From assembly GCA_963827685.1 (NCBI GenBank), contig CAWHBU010000002.1:320001-384000 (forward strand): DNA of 64,000 bases. Direction: 5' to 3'. The notes beneath the pieces were generated by a model. The model saw nothing but the letters and a program-made list of their open reading frames with translations. It had not been told where the DNA came from and made no database searches. Origin of the DNA: an uncultured delta proteobacterium (lineage in GTDB: Bacteria; Desulfobacterota; BSN033; UBA1163). The stretch's first letter is position 1. The number at the start of each line of letters is the position of its first letter. The position numbers were made by a program, and so were the translations under genes. Of the stretch, positions 1 through 9,119 are shown piece by piece.

Positions 1-1
1 G

Positions 2-403
2 TTGGTTCTAAACTTGAAGCTTGAAGAAAGTGTCTTCTTTGCTGGCAGCCAGGAAGATGTCAATGCCTATTTACGGGTCTTTGATATAGCAGTGAATTGC
101 TCGGCGCAGGAGGGGCTTTCGAATGCCATAATCGAATATATGATGGCTGGAGTGCCCTGTATAGTGGCCGAAAGTGGGGGAAATACGGAGTTGATAGAGA
201 ATGATTGGAATGGATATACCTTTCCTTTAGACGACCATCAAACCTTAGCTGAGCTAATCCTGAAGTTAATCATGGACAAGGGAAAGAGGCAGTTGTTTGC
301 AGAGAGATCAAGAGCTAAAGCTAAGGAGATGTTCCCGAAGGAAAAAATGATTAGAGACTTTGAGCATTATTATACCAACCTTCTAAAGACCCCTGGGAAC
401 TAA
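2..403 (+). CDS. GT4 family glycosyltransferase, C-terminal part (5' truncated by window edge)
   Basis: EGLSNAIIEYMMAGVPCI matches the GT-B E-x7-E motif. Confidence 0.85.
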   Translation: MVLNLKLEESVFFAGSQEDVNAYLRVFDIAVNCSAQEGLSNAIIEYMMAGVPCIVAESGGNTELIENDWNGYTFPLDDHQTLAELILKLIMDKGKRQLFAERSRAKAKEMFPKEKMIRDFEHYYTNLLKTPGN

Positions 404-489
404 GCGGGTTCCTTATATTGTATTGAGCCAGGGAGACATCCTGCGCAGGACAGATAAGCAGGGGAGATGAATGTTCGTTATGAAAAAAT

Positions 490-1740
490 ATGAATAAGAT
501 TGGTTTTAGATTATACTTACTCTTTACGGTCAGCTGGTTTCTCCATCTCACAGCAAGATTCTCTTTCCTGGGGCTACTCCGCTTCGACTTATTGCTTATA
601 CTGGTAATTCTCGCAACAATGGTGGTTGGCAAGAAAGGCGAGATACAGCAAAGCCCGAGCAATGATACCAGTAGAGCTTTAAAGATCCTGTTTGTCTACG
701 TACTAGTAACTCTACCATTTGTTCAATGGCCCGGGAGCGTCCTCAATGCCGGGATACCAAACTTCATTAAGGCAGTCGTTTTCTACTATTTCAGCATCTT
801 TTTCTTAACATCAGAAAAGAAGCTCAAAATATTTATAGCTGTATTTCTCTCCTGTCAATGCATTCGGGTTTTCGAACCCGTTTATCTGCACTTGACGCAA
901 GGCTATTGGGGATCTTTCGCAACGATGGGAGGGTACGAATTTATGGACAGGTTGGCAGGAGCGCCGAGCGACATTGTCAACCCGAACGGCTTGGCTTTTA
1001 TAATCTTGTCTACGGTACCATTTCTTTACTATTTCAGCTTTCTGTCTTGGGGACATAGAATCCTTTCATTGACCGTCCTTCCAGTACTTCTTTATGCTCT
1101 CGCTTTAACCGGTTCACGGTCTGGTGTCATTGGCCTCTTAGCGATTATGATAGGAATTGTTATGAAGAGCAGGAAGAAAATGGTGCTATTGATAGCTTTT
1201 GTGGGTGTAATCGCTCTTATCTATGCAAGCTTGAATGCAGACCAGAAAGATAGATATTTGTCCATATTTGATAGCGATACAAAAAATGCCGCTACGGCGT
1301 CTGGACGAATGCAAGGAACACTTGCAGATTTCGAAGTGGCTCTTCGTAAACCATTCGTTGGCCACGGATTAGGGACATCTCTCGAAGCCAACGCGAATTT
1401 TGCGGGGATTGATATACGTGCCCATAACCTTTGGGCCGAGGTCGCTCAGGAACTTGGTTTTGTGGGGCTAATAATCTTCGTCTATTTCGTAAGATCGATA
1501 ATAATGAACTTTTTGAAAAGTATGAAAGGGCTGAAGGAAGTTAAGTTTGAAAGAAGCTACCTTGGCTATCTTGTCAGCTCAATGCAGGTATGGTTGCTCA
1601 TGAACCTAATTTTTAGCTTTGCGAGTTACGGATTGTCGAGTTACGAATGGTATCTTTTTGCGGGTTTGTCCGTGGTTGCAAGAAGACTTTCGGAGGTCCA
1701 TAAGAACATTTTGCCAATGGCCTCTGGCTCGGGATTATGA
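490..1740 (+). CDS. O-antigen ligase/Wzy_C-like polysaccharide polymerase
   Basis: Multi-TM protein with NPNGLA, TGSRSG, G-x-G-x-G and AHNLWAEVAQELGFVG motifs. Confidence 0.8.
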   Translation: MNKIGFRLYLLFTVSWFLHLTARFSFLGLLRFDLLLILVILATMVVGKKGEIQQSPSNDTSRALKILFVYVLVTLPFVQWPGSVLNAGIPNFIKAVVFYYFSIFFLTSEKKLKIFIAVFLSCQCIRVFEPVYLHLTQGYWGSFATMGGYEFMDRLAGAPSDIVNPNGLAFIILSTVPFLYYFSFLSWGHRILSLTVLPVLLYALALTGSRSGVIGLLAIMIGIVMKSRKKMVLLIAFVGVIALIYASLNADQKDRYLSIFDSDTKNAATASGRMQGTLADFEVALRKPFVGHGLGTSLEANANFAGIDIRAHNLWAEVAQELGFVGLIIFVYFVRSIIMNFLKSMKGLKEVKFERSYLGYLVSSMQVWLLMNLIFSFASYGLSSYEWYLFAGLSVVARRLSEVHKNILPMASGSGL

Positions 1741-1860
1741 AGAATCGTTTACATTGGACGATTGGAAATTGCTCAAAGCTGATTATTACAGATCTTCAGA
1801 CTCAAAAAATACTGATAACATAAGTAAGCTCACAATAAAATTGGATTTAGCAGGTTAAAT

Positions 1861-3018
1861 GTGAAGATATTGATGCCAATTAGATATCCTATAGGTGGTA
1901 TAAGAACCTATCTCAAATATACCTATGGTAACTTTAAGTCGGACAAGTATGATTTAACAGCTCTCATTCCGAACGAATACTCAAGCCATAAGGATGTCGA
2001 GGCGCTCAAATACGACTTTAAAAAAGTGAAATTAGAGTTGGTGTCAGTGAAGGGCCCTATTCCTTTATTTTCTATGGCTCTTTACCTATTACGATATCTG
2101 TGCCGGGGGAAGTACGATCTAATACATTCTCAAGGAACTACATGCGGCATAATTGCAGCCATGGTTAATCAGTTGTTTCGAATACCTCACTTAATTACCT
2201 TCCATGAGACTTTTGAAGATAAGATGTTTGAAAGCCGCTTTGGCTTTCTGAAAAGAAAACTGATTTTGGGATTTCTGCGGAAGGCAGATGTTCTGAACGT
2301 GGTAAGTGAAGACGCCAAGGCGAATTTATTAGGAACGTTTCCCAAGTTGATGAACAGCTTGGACAGGGTCCTCGTGATACAAAATGCGGTTGATATCGAT
2401 TATTTTCGGCAGGAGGTCGAGGACGGAAAGAGCTTATTGGGCATCGACGGAATTAACCCAGATAGTTTCGTGATTGGCTATTTAGGCCGATTCATGCCAG
2501 AAAAAGGGTTCGGGTTTCTGATCGATGCAATTGAGATTCTGCGCAAAAACCAGAACGAGAAGACAAAGAAAATAAGGGTACTTTCTTTAGGGTGGGGGGC
2601 ATTCATCAGAGAGTATCAATCGATTATAAGGAATAAAGGCTTAACTGAGTATTTTGTTTTTATCGAATTTCAGCCAGACGTTCGGTGGGTCTTAAGGCAA
2701 ATTAATCTATTAGTATTGCCTTCGCTCAGAGAGGCTTCACCGCTCGTTCCGATGGAGGGCCTTGTATCAGGCACACCTATTGTTGCATTTAACAGCATAG
2801 GATTGAGAGAAGTGCTCAAAGACACCCCCGCCAGGATGGTTTCAGTGGGCAATACTCAAGCATTGGCAAGCGAAATTATTAATACACTGGATACGTATAG
2901 TGTTTTTAAAAAGCAGTTTCTCGATTTTATGCCACAGGCAGCAAAGCGATTCGATGCGAAAAGGTCCGCATCCAAGTTAGAAGAAATTATACTTTCATTG
3001 CAGGCTAACCGGACATAA
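1861..3018 (+). CDS. GT4 family glycosyltransferase
   Basis: GRFMPEKG, PSLREASPLVPMEG. Confidence 0.85.
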   Translation: MKILMPIRYPIGGIRTYLKYTYGNFKSDKYDLTALIPNEYSSHKDVEALKYDFKKVKLELVSVKGPIPLFSMALYLLRYLCRGKYDLIHSQGTTCGIIAAMVNQLFRIPHLITFHETFEDKMFESRFGFLKRKLILGFLRKADVLNVVSEDAKANLLGTFPKLMNSLDRVLVIQNAVDIDYFRQEVEDGKSLLGIDGINPDSFVIGYLGRFMPEKGFGFLIDAIEILRKNQNEKTKKIRVLSLGWGAFIREYQSIIRNKGLTEYFVFIEFQPDVRWVLRQINLLVLPSLREASPLVPMEGLVSGTPIVAFNSIGLREVLKDTPARMVSVGNTQALASEIINTLDTYSVFKKQFLDFMPQAAKRFDAKRSASKLEEIILSLQANRT

Positions 3019-3099
3019 CATAAATAGAGAGGTTGTCAAGGAAGCGTGTTAAAATCGGAGTAGATTTCTATCATTTGTTCTTCCAAGGAATGGATTAGG

Positions 3100-4350
3100 A
3101 TGAAAACGAAGAAGATACAAATCCTTCCTTTTCCTGATGGAAAGGATTTTGCCGTCTCTTTCATTGATGACACAGATTTGTCGACGAGAGAGAATACCGA
3201 ACCGGTCTACGAATTCTTGTACAATCATAACATTAGAGGAACCAAGACCGTTTGGGTTACCAGGCAAAAAAGAACGTCTTCCTTCCGAAGGGAAGATGAA
3301 AAATCTGTTGATTCTGAAAGTGGAACGGGCTCCACCTTAGAAGACAAAGACTATTTACAGTTTATCTATGAGCTGGAAAGGAAGGGGTATGAAATAGCTT
3401 TGCATGGGATTGCGGCGGGCAATTCGTATCGTAATGAAATAATAGAGGGCATCGAGAGGTTCAAAACAATTTTCGGAGCGTATCCAAAGATAAACGTTTT
3501 TCATGAGCGGAATATTGAGAACCTTTATGCAGGTAGTCACAAATTGGATTTCTGGCCTTTCAAGATACTTGAAAAGCTAAAGGATAGGAGCGACTACCTG
3601 GGTCATGTTGACGGGAGCCCTTATTTCTGGGGAGATATTGCAAAAAACATAAAATACATGAGACTGCCCTTTCATAATATCGAAGCCGTGAATACACTTA
3701 AAGTGAATCCGAATATGCCGTTTCATGATTCAAAACGACATTACGTCAATTACTGGTTTAGCAGTTCTGACGGGGCGGATTGTGAGCGTTTTGTTAGACT
3801 TCTACGAGACGATAATATTAGGAAATTGGAAAAGGAAAGAGGCGCGTGTCTAATCTACACACATTTCGCCAAGGGCTTTGCTAAGAAAGTGAACAATTCA
3901 TATCAGTTGGATGAAGGATTTAGAAAGGTAATAACTAATTTAGCTAACAATAGTAATGCTTGGTTTCCAACAGCTTCTGAATTACTTGACAGGCTCTTGG
4001 CTATCAAGATGGTAACGGTTGAGCAATCGGGTCAGACTGTTTCTGTTGTTAATGGGGGCGGAGACGATATAGTGAATCTTGTATTAAAAGTATCGCCGGG
4101 CTTTGAATTGACTGATGAAAGAGGCAAGATACACCACGCCTCTGAAGAGGGCAAGATTAGTATTGATTGTTTAAAGGGACATTCAACGCTAATTATGCAT
4201 GCTAACCAAACGGGGTACTCGTTGCTTCCTTCAAGAGATACCTCAATTTCATGCCGGGAGAGGACCAAAATTGAATTTTATAACTACTACAGCCTATTGA
4301 AACATCAACTGTCGAACCATGCAGTGCTTAGGATCAGGCGTCTGAAATAA
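3100..4350 (+). CDS. Polysaccharide deacetylase-like (NodB/CE4-like fold) protein
   Basis: FAVSFIDDTD, YEIALHG, YTHF motifs; EPS cluster context. Confidence 0.55.
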   Translation: MKTKKIQILPFPDGKDFAVSFIDDTDLSTRENTEPVYEFLYNHNIRGTKTVWVTRQKRTSSFRREDEKSVDSESGTGSTLEDKDYLQFIYELERKGYEIALHGIAAGNSYRNEIIEGIERFKTIFGAYPKINVFHERNIENLYAGSHKLDFWPFKILEKLKDRSDYLGHVDGSPYFWGDIAKNIKYMRLPFHNIEAVNTLKVNPNMPFHDSKRHYVNYWFSSSDGADCERFVRLLRDDNIRKLEKERGACLIYTHFAKGFAKKVNNSYQLDEGFRKVITNLANNSNAWFPTASELLDRLLAIKMVTVEQSGQTVSVVNGGGDDIVNLVLKVSPGFELTDERGKIHHASEEGKISIDCLKGHSTLIMHANQTGYSLLPSRDTSISCRERTKIEFYNYYSLLKHQLSNHAVLRIRRLK

Positions 4351-4389
4351 AGGCGAAATACGTACTCGTGCGGCACAGGTCTTTGAATA

Positions 4390-4626
4390 ATGCTTAGAAT
4401 CCTTAAACGCATAGCCGGAATCCTGCCAATTAGGTTGCAGCAAGAACTTAAGATGCTTCTCTATGCCTGGCAAATTCGGAAGCATTGGTTCGGGAGCAGC
4501 CAGCCAGAATATCAACTCGTAGACCTTTTTGTGTCGGAAGGGGTACCCGAACAAGGAAAGCCTTGCAGGAGAGTGTTGTTGTTTCGGAGATTATTGGTAG
4601 CTCCATCTGCCCCAATAGTTAGCTAA
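4390..4626 (+). pseudogene. Truncated FkbM-family methyltransferase N-terminus
   Basis: First ~51 aa resemble FkbM N-termini but diverge just before the expected DIGAN SAM-binding motif. Confidence 0.4.
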
Positions 4627-4630
4627 AAGC

Positions 4631-5629
4631 ATGATTGAAGATAGACTTGATCTTCAAGTGATTATCCCATGTAGGAATGAGGAAGATCAAATAGGCAGGT
4701 GTTTAGATGCCTTGCTGCTCCAAAATCAAGGGGTGTTGGCTGGGAGTATTATCGTAGTTGACAATGGTTCAACGGATCGAACGGTTCAAATAATTAAAGA
4801 TTATGGAGATAGGGTCCATTTATTATCCCTTCCCAATGCAAACATTTCTGAGTTAAGAAATTTTGGAGCACAAGCGACCAGAAAAGCTTGGCTTGCCTTT
4901 GTGGATGCGGATATTGAAGTTACACCTAATTGGTTGAATGCCATTTCTACGAGAATTGGAATAATTAGCCAGGATCTCGAATGTTCAAAAAAAACCTTGT
5001 TTGGATCACATTGCAAGATACCAAACAACCCTACTTGGATCGAAAGAGCGTGGTATGAACAACTTGACTTTAAATATCAGGCCGCGCCACGGTACCTCAA
5101 CTCAGGGAATATGATCGTTAATCATAACATTTTTGATAAAGTGGGTGGTTTCAATAAAAAGTATTCGACAGCGGAAGATGTAAAACTTTGCGATGATATC
5201 CGAGCTGCAGGAGGAATAATTATTTATGATCGGAGGGTTGCAGCCATACATCATGGATATCCAAAAACTCTTAAAATGTTCTTTCGCAGGGAGAGGTGGC
5301 ATGGAATGGGAATGGCAGGGAGTCTCTTACAGCCATGGAAGTCCAAACCTTTAATGCTAGCGATTTATAACCTGATATTTCTTTTTCTGTTCATTCTAAG
5401 CTTGTTTATCTTTAAAGGTCAGCAATTTCATTTATTACCTCTTTTTTTATTTATTGCTTTTGCCCCTTTGGTTCCAATTGCATGGAAAAGAGGCGGCAAG
5501 TCACTTTATAATAAGTTTCTATTGATAATTCTTTATTGGGTTTATGGTTGGGCGAGAGCTGCTTCCTTGATCGATATAATTATTGCATTCGTAAATAAAT
5601 CTCGTACTAAAGTACTATTAGAATTGTAA
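4631..5629 (+). CDS. GT2 family glycosyltransferase
   Basis: IIPCRNEE, VVDNGSTD, FVDAD, ED motif; C-terminal TM helices. Confidence 0.9.
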   Translation: MIEDRLDLQVIIPCRNEEDQIGRCLDALLLQNQGVLAGSIIVVDNGSTDRTVQIIKDYGDRVHLLSLPNANISELRNFGAQATRKAWLAFVDADIEVTPNWLNAISTRIGIISQDLECSKKTLFGSHCKIPNNPTWIERAWYEQLDFKYQAAPRYLNSGNMIVNHNIFDKVGGFNKKYSTAEDVKLCDDIRAAGGIIIYDRRVAAIHHGYPKTLKMFFRRERWHGMGMAGSLLQPWKSKPLMLAIYNLIFLFLFILSLFIFKGQQFHLLPLFLFIAFAPLVPIAWKRGGKSLYNKFLLIILYWVYGWARAASLIDIIIAFVNKSRTKVLLEL

Positions 5630-5697
5630 ATCAGCGGCATTCGTTAAAGCCGGGAGCATAAAGCTGTGAATCGCTTGAAGGATAAGCCTTAATGTTG

Positions 5698-6250
5698 GTG
5701 CGCCGGGAGACCGGCAGAAAGTAGCGGGTGAAAGTTCCATACGATGAAGGCCTAGCCGGCCACATTGGCCTCGAGTCATGCGTACATGTTTGTAAGGACA
5801 TGGGCGAAGCGTTGAGAGGGGGAAGGGTGGGCCAGGTATTGAGCCGCGAAAGTAGGTTGAGTCCAGGGCGCCGACGACGTCAACTCGATCGGAAGGTCAT
5901 ACAGGGCACCTCGATAAGGCGAGAGGTGTTCTGGCCCTGCGTGGTAGAAGACCCTGCGCACGTCTGGAAACTTTCTGCACGGGAACCGGGAGATCCCACG
6001 TTTGCCCTTGGGGAGCTAACCATGGGCCGCACTGAGAACCCTGAGGGGGCACGTCAGCGATGGATGGACATGGGTAGCAAGACCCATAGTACCGAAGAAA
6101 CAGCCGAACATGGTGCAGTGAGAGGCTGCTCGGTGGAGGAGGTGGAGGGAAGGGGTCTGGCTGAGGGGAATCCGATCTACGAAAACAAGCTCTGGGCACA
6201 GTATCGGAAAAAGCCTGTAAATTAAGGTAGAGCGGATACGGCAAAAAACA
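5698..6250 (+). mobile_element. Group II intron, 5' fragment (domains I-III and decayed start of RT ORF)
   Basis: Starts GTGCG; contains typical DI-DIII strings (GGGAACCGGGAGATCCC, GTGGAGGGAAGGGG) and a VERIRQ-like RT start; no RT core or DV/DVI. Confidence 0.8.
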
Positions 6251-6668
6251 GGTCATGAGAAATATCCGTTTATTGGCAGGTTATTGAACGTCATGAGACC
6301 TTTGCACAACCGTGCCAAAGTTAGCCAGAGAGAAGGCTGGGAGACCGAGAAAACGTGATTGGAAGTAAAAAGACCAGGTCAAAAACAAAGTAACTAAATG
6401 AAATAAATTGATAATTTAATTAAAAGAAGGCATAATTTCTCCACCAATACCATTAATTTGGAGGAGAAATGGGATACAAGCATTGGAATCCGAATATGAG
6501 TTTTGCTGAGATGGCCCTGGTGAGTCCCAGATGGAAAAAGCTCTGAATTCCATGGGGCAAGTCTTTGGATAAAAACAGATGATTAGAAACCACGTGTCCC
6601 GTTAAATGAGGTTATCATTTTTAACTGGGATGGATCAAATTAATCGAGTGATTGACTGGACCAAAGTA

Positions 6669-7272
6669 GCCGCCGGCCCGGCTTCCAGCCCGTAGGTTTA
6701 GACTGGAGGGATGGGCCTCTGGCCCGGAGGGAGGAAGGGCTGAGGGACGAACCGCCGTTTTCTCAATCTGAACCAAATCCAAGATGGGATTATGGCTCCG
6801 CCCCGGAGAGGGTGGGAATGTTTTTTGTATATGCAATAAAAAGTATATTAAATAATCAAGTCTATAAAGGACAGGCGAATAGCTTGGACAAAAGAATAGA
6901 TAGACATAATAAGGGTTATGTCAAATCAACAAAAGAAAGAAGGCCTTGGGAATTGATAGCCTTTCAAGGATTTCAAACCAGAGAAGAAGCTCGATGGCAA
7001 GAATTCCTTTTGAAAGAATCACATGGTTGTAGAGCAACGTGGTTAACTGAGTTTGCTATCCAGGCTCCGCTCTCGGAGGGTTTCCGACCTGGAGGGGGCT
7101 CCACCCCGGAGGGAGAAAGGATACAACCACGGCCAAGCTGACCGAATACGAGAAAGAACGCAATAAGAAGATATCCAAAAAACGTTACATCCGCTTCCAG
7201 CCCGTAGGGCTTCCATGCCGGAGGGTTGAGCTGTACTTTGGCTTCCTGCCTGGAGGGCCTTCAGCCCGGAGG
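6669..7272 (+). repeat. About 12 copies of a 16-bp hairpin unit GCYTCC-N4-YGGAGG in five clusters
   Basis: e.g. gcttcctgcctggagg, gccttcagcccggagg, gcttccatgccggagg, gcctctggcccggagg. Confidence 0.8.
6818..7141 (+). CDS. GIY-YIG nuclease (small stand-alone type); C-terminus runs on through repeats
   Basis: FVYAI..VYKGQ..KRIDRHNKG..STKERRPW..EARWQE. Confidence 0.85.
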   Translation: MFFVYAIKSILNNQVYKGQANSLDKRIDRHNKGYVKSTKERRPWELIAFQGFQTREEARWQEFLLKESHGCRATWLTEFAIQAPLSEGFRPGGGSTPEGERIQPRPS

Positions 7273-7648
7273 GATTAAGCCATTTACATCAAGGAGCTTA
7301 CCGGGCTCGGTTTACCACCCTGTTCAAGAACACAATGGCCGCGATGTTCCGGCAGATGGCTTTTAATCTCTTTAGGGGTTCAAAAATCATACTGGCCACC
7401 TAATCCAAAACAGAAGTCAAAGCCCCCAAGGGGAAGGAAAGCTGGCTCCCGGAACGGAGTTGCCCCCTGGTTGGGGTTCATATTGGGAAAAATTAGAATT
7501 TTAATCCAGGTATTGAGATAAAAATCCAATAAGAATTTTAAAAATATCTCACTTTTAAAAAGTTGATCTCTAAACCATTAATTCAAAGCTCTCTTAATCT
7601 TAATACAAATCAGTTGCGGATAAGCACTTAGCAAGAGGGATTAGCCAA

Positions 7649-8248
7649 ATGTCGTTGAGAATACTCAAGAAGGGATTGAAGGATCCTATTACGGCTTCGA
7701 AGTATTTGATGACAATTTTAAATGGATTCTACTACAAAATGAAATATAAAATTACGAACAAGAGAGTTACAATCGGAAAAAACTTTAGAGTTAGACATAG
7801 ATTGTCAATTAGAGGGACTGGAAGAGTTGTGATAGGAGATAATGTTTTTATAGATGGAACTTCCCATGCAGTTACTCCTTGGACGTATAGTAAGTATGCA
7901 ATTATAATAATAGGGAACAGAGTTTTTTTGAACGGAACTCGTTTTGGTTGTAGGACAAAAATAGAGATTGGCGACGACTGTATTATCGCTGATTGTAGAA
8001 TTCTGGACACCGATTTTCATAGCGTTTTACCAAACAAGAGAAACGATCCCGATTTCGTCAAATCAGAGCCTATCCGAGTCGGGAAAAATGTATGGATTGC
8101 CTTGGATTGTGTTGTATTACGCGGTGTAACCATTGGAAGTAATTCGACTATTACCGCCAAATCCGTTGTGACAAAAAATGTCCCGGAGTATTGTGTTTTT
8201 GGTGGGAATCCGGCAGTTTTGATAACCGAACTTAAACATGATGATTGA
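7649..8248 (+). CDS. Hexapeptide-repeat (LbH) O-acyltransferase
   Basis: IGDDCII, DTDFH, IRVGKNVWI, GVTIG, GGNPA. Confidence 0.9.
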   Translation: MSLRILKKGLKDPITASKYLMTILNGFYYKMKYKITNKRVTIGKNFRVRHRLSIRGTGRVVIGDNVFIDGTSHAVTPWTYSKYAIIIIGNRVFLNGTRFGCRTKIEIGDDCIIADCRILDTDFHSVLPNKRNDPDFVKSEPIRVGKNVWIALDCVVLRGVTIGSNSTITAKSVVTKNVPEYCVFGGNPAVLITELKHDD

Positions 8249-8315
8249 TATGATTATTCCCCGAGTTGATTTCGGTTATCAGAGTTCCAATTAGGGGATA
8301 AGGCAAACAGGTAAA

Positions 8316-8979
8316 GAGACCTTTGCACAACCGTGCCAAAGTTTGGGGGAAAGAAGATTGATAAGCCAGAGAAAGTTTACTGGGAAGTAGGAAAAAAAGT
8401 CAAAAGATAAATAACTAACTGAAATTACTTAACAAACACAAGATAAAAGGATAAAGTTTCTCCACCGAAACTATTACAAGGGGGAGAAATGGGATATAAA
8501 AGGTGGAATCAGAATATCAGCTTTGTAGATATAGCGTTGAGTAGTCCCCAATGGAAAATACTCCATATTCCACGGGGCAAGTCTATGGGAAAAGAGGAGG
8601 GATACTGAAACCATGTGTCCCGTTAAATGGAAAGCATATTTAACTGGGATGGAACAAATCAACCGGGTGATTGACTGGACGAAAGTAGCCGCCGGCCGGG
8701 AGGGCCTTTGGTCCGGAGGGGGGAACGGCTGAGGGACTATTACCTGGTTGGAAGACAAGAAGAAGGGGTCGATGCTTATCCTCCGGATTGAAGGTTCCAC
8801 CTTCCTGCATATTTGCATTGCTTCGCTTGCCGCTTTATATCGAACCGAACCAAATAAACCAAACAAACAAAGTTGACCCAAAAGACAATCGTATTGTTGA
8901 AATAAAAAATCCCCCCAAAAAATAAAAAAACTTGAGTTTTTAAAAAAGTTGATCTCTAAACCATTAGTTCAAGGCTCTC
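8316..8979 (+). mobile_element. IS5-family relic, copy 2 (N-terminal transposase fragment only)
   Basis: Same left end GAGACCTTTGCACAACCGTGCCAAAGTT and right end AAAAAGTTGATCTCTAAACCATTAGTTCAAGGCTCTC as copy 1; EQINRVIDWTKV..LRDYYLVGRQEEGVDAYPP. Confidence 0.8.
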
Positions 8980-9119
8980 AGGTCCTGCCTGCCTGCAGGC
9001 AGATGTGCCTCAGTGGTAAACCTGGTTTTAATAGAGGCCAATGTCAATGAAAACTTCCAATGAATTCAACCCAGCTGCCAAGAACTTCTGCTCATCTTGG
9101 ACAGCAGTTCAAGAACATA

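Larger units (their letters stand above)
6295..7593 (+). mobile_element. IS5-family relic, copy 1 (internally deleted, multiply interrupted)
   Basis: Imperfect TIRs GAGACCTTTGCA / TTCAAAGCTCTC; transposase pieces MGYKHWNPNMSFAEMAL..DQINRVIDWTKV and GIMRKDTTTAKLTEYEKERNKKISKKRYIVELYFGLSHLH..RQMAFNL. Confidence 0.8.

Noticed and set aside
5728-6256. ORFs 5728-6225 (+) and 5897-6256 (-) as proteins
   Set aside because: They overlay group II intron RNA domains and have no protein motifs.
6669-7272. 16-bp repeats as a CRISPR array
   Set aside because: Units are degenerate and adjacent or separated by transposase codons, not unique equal-length spacers; no cas genes.
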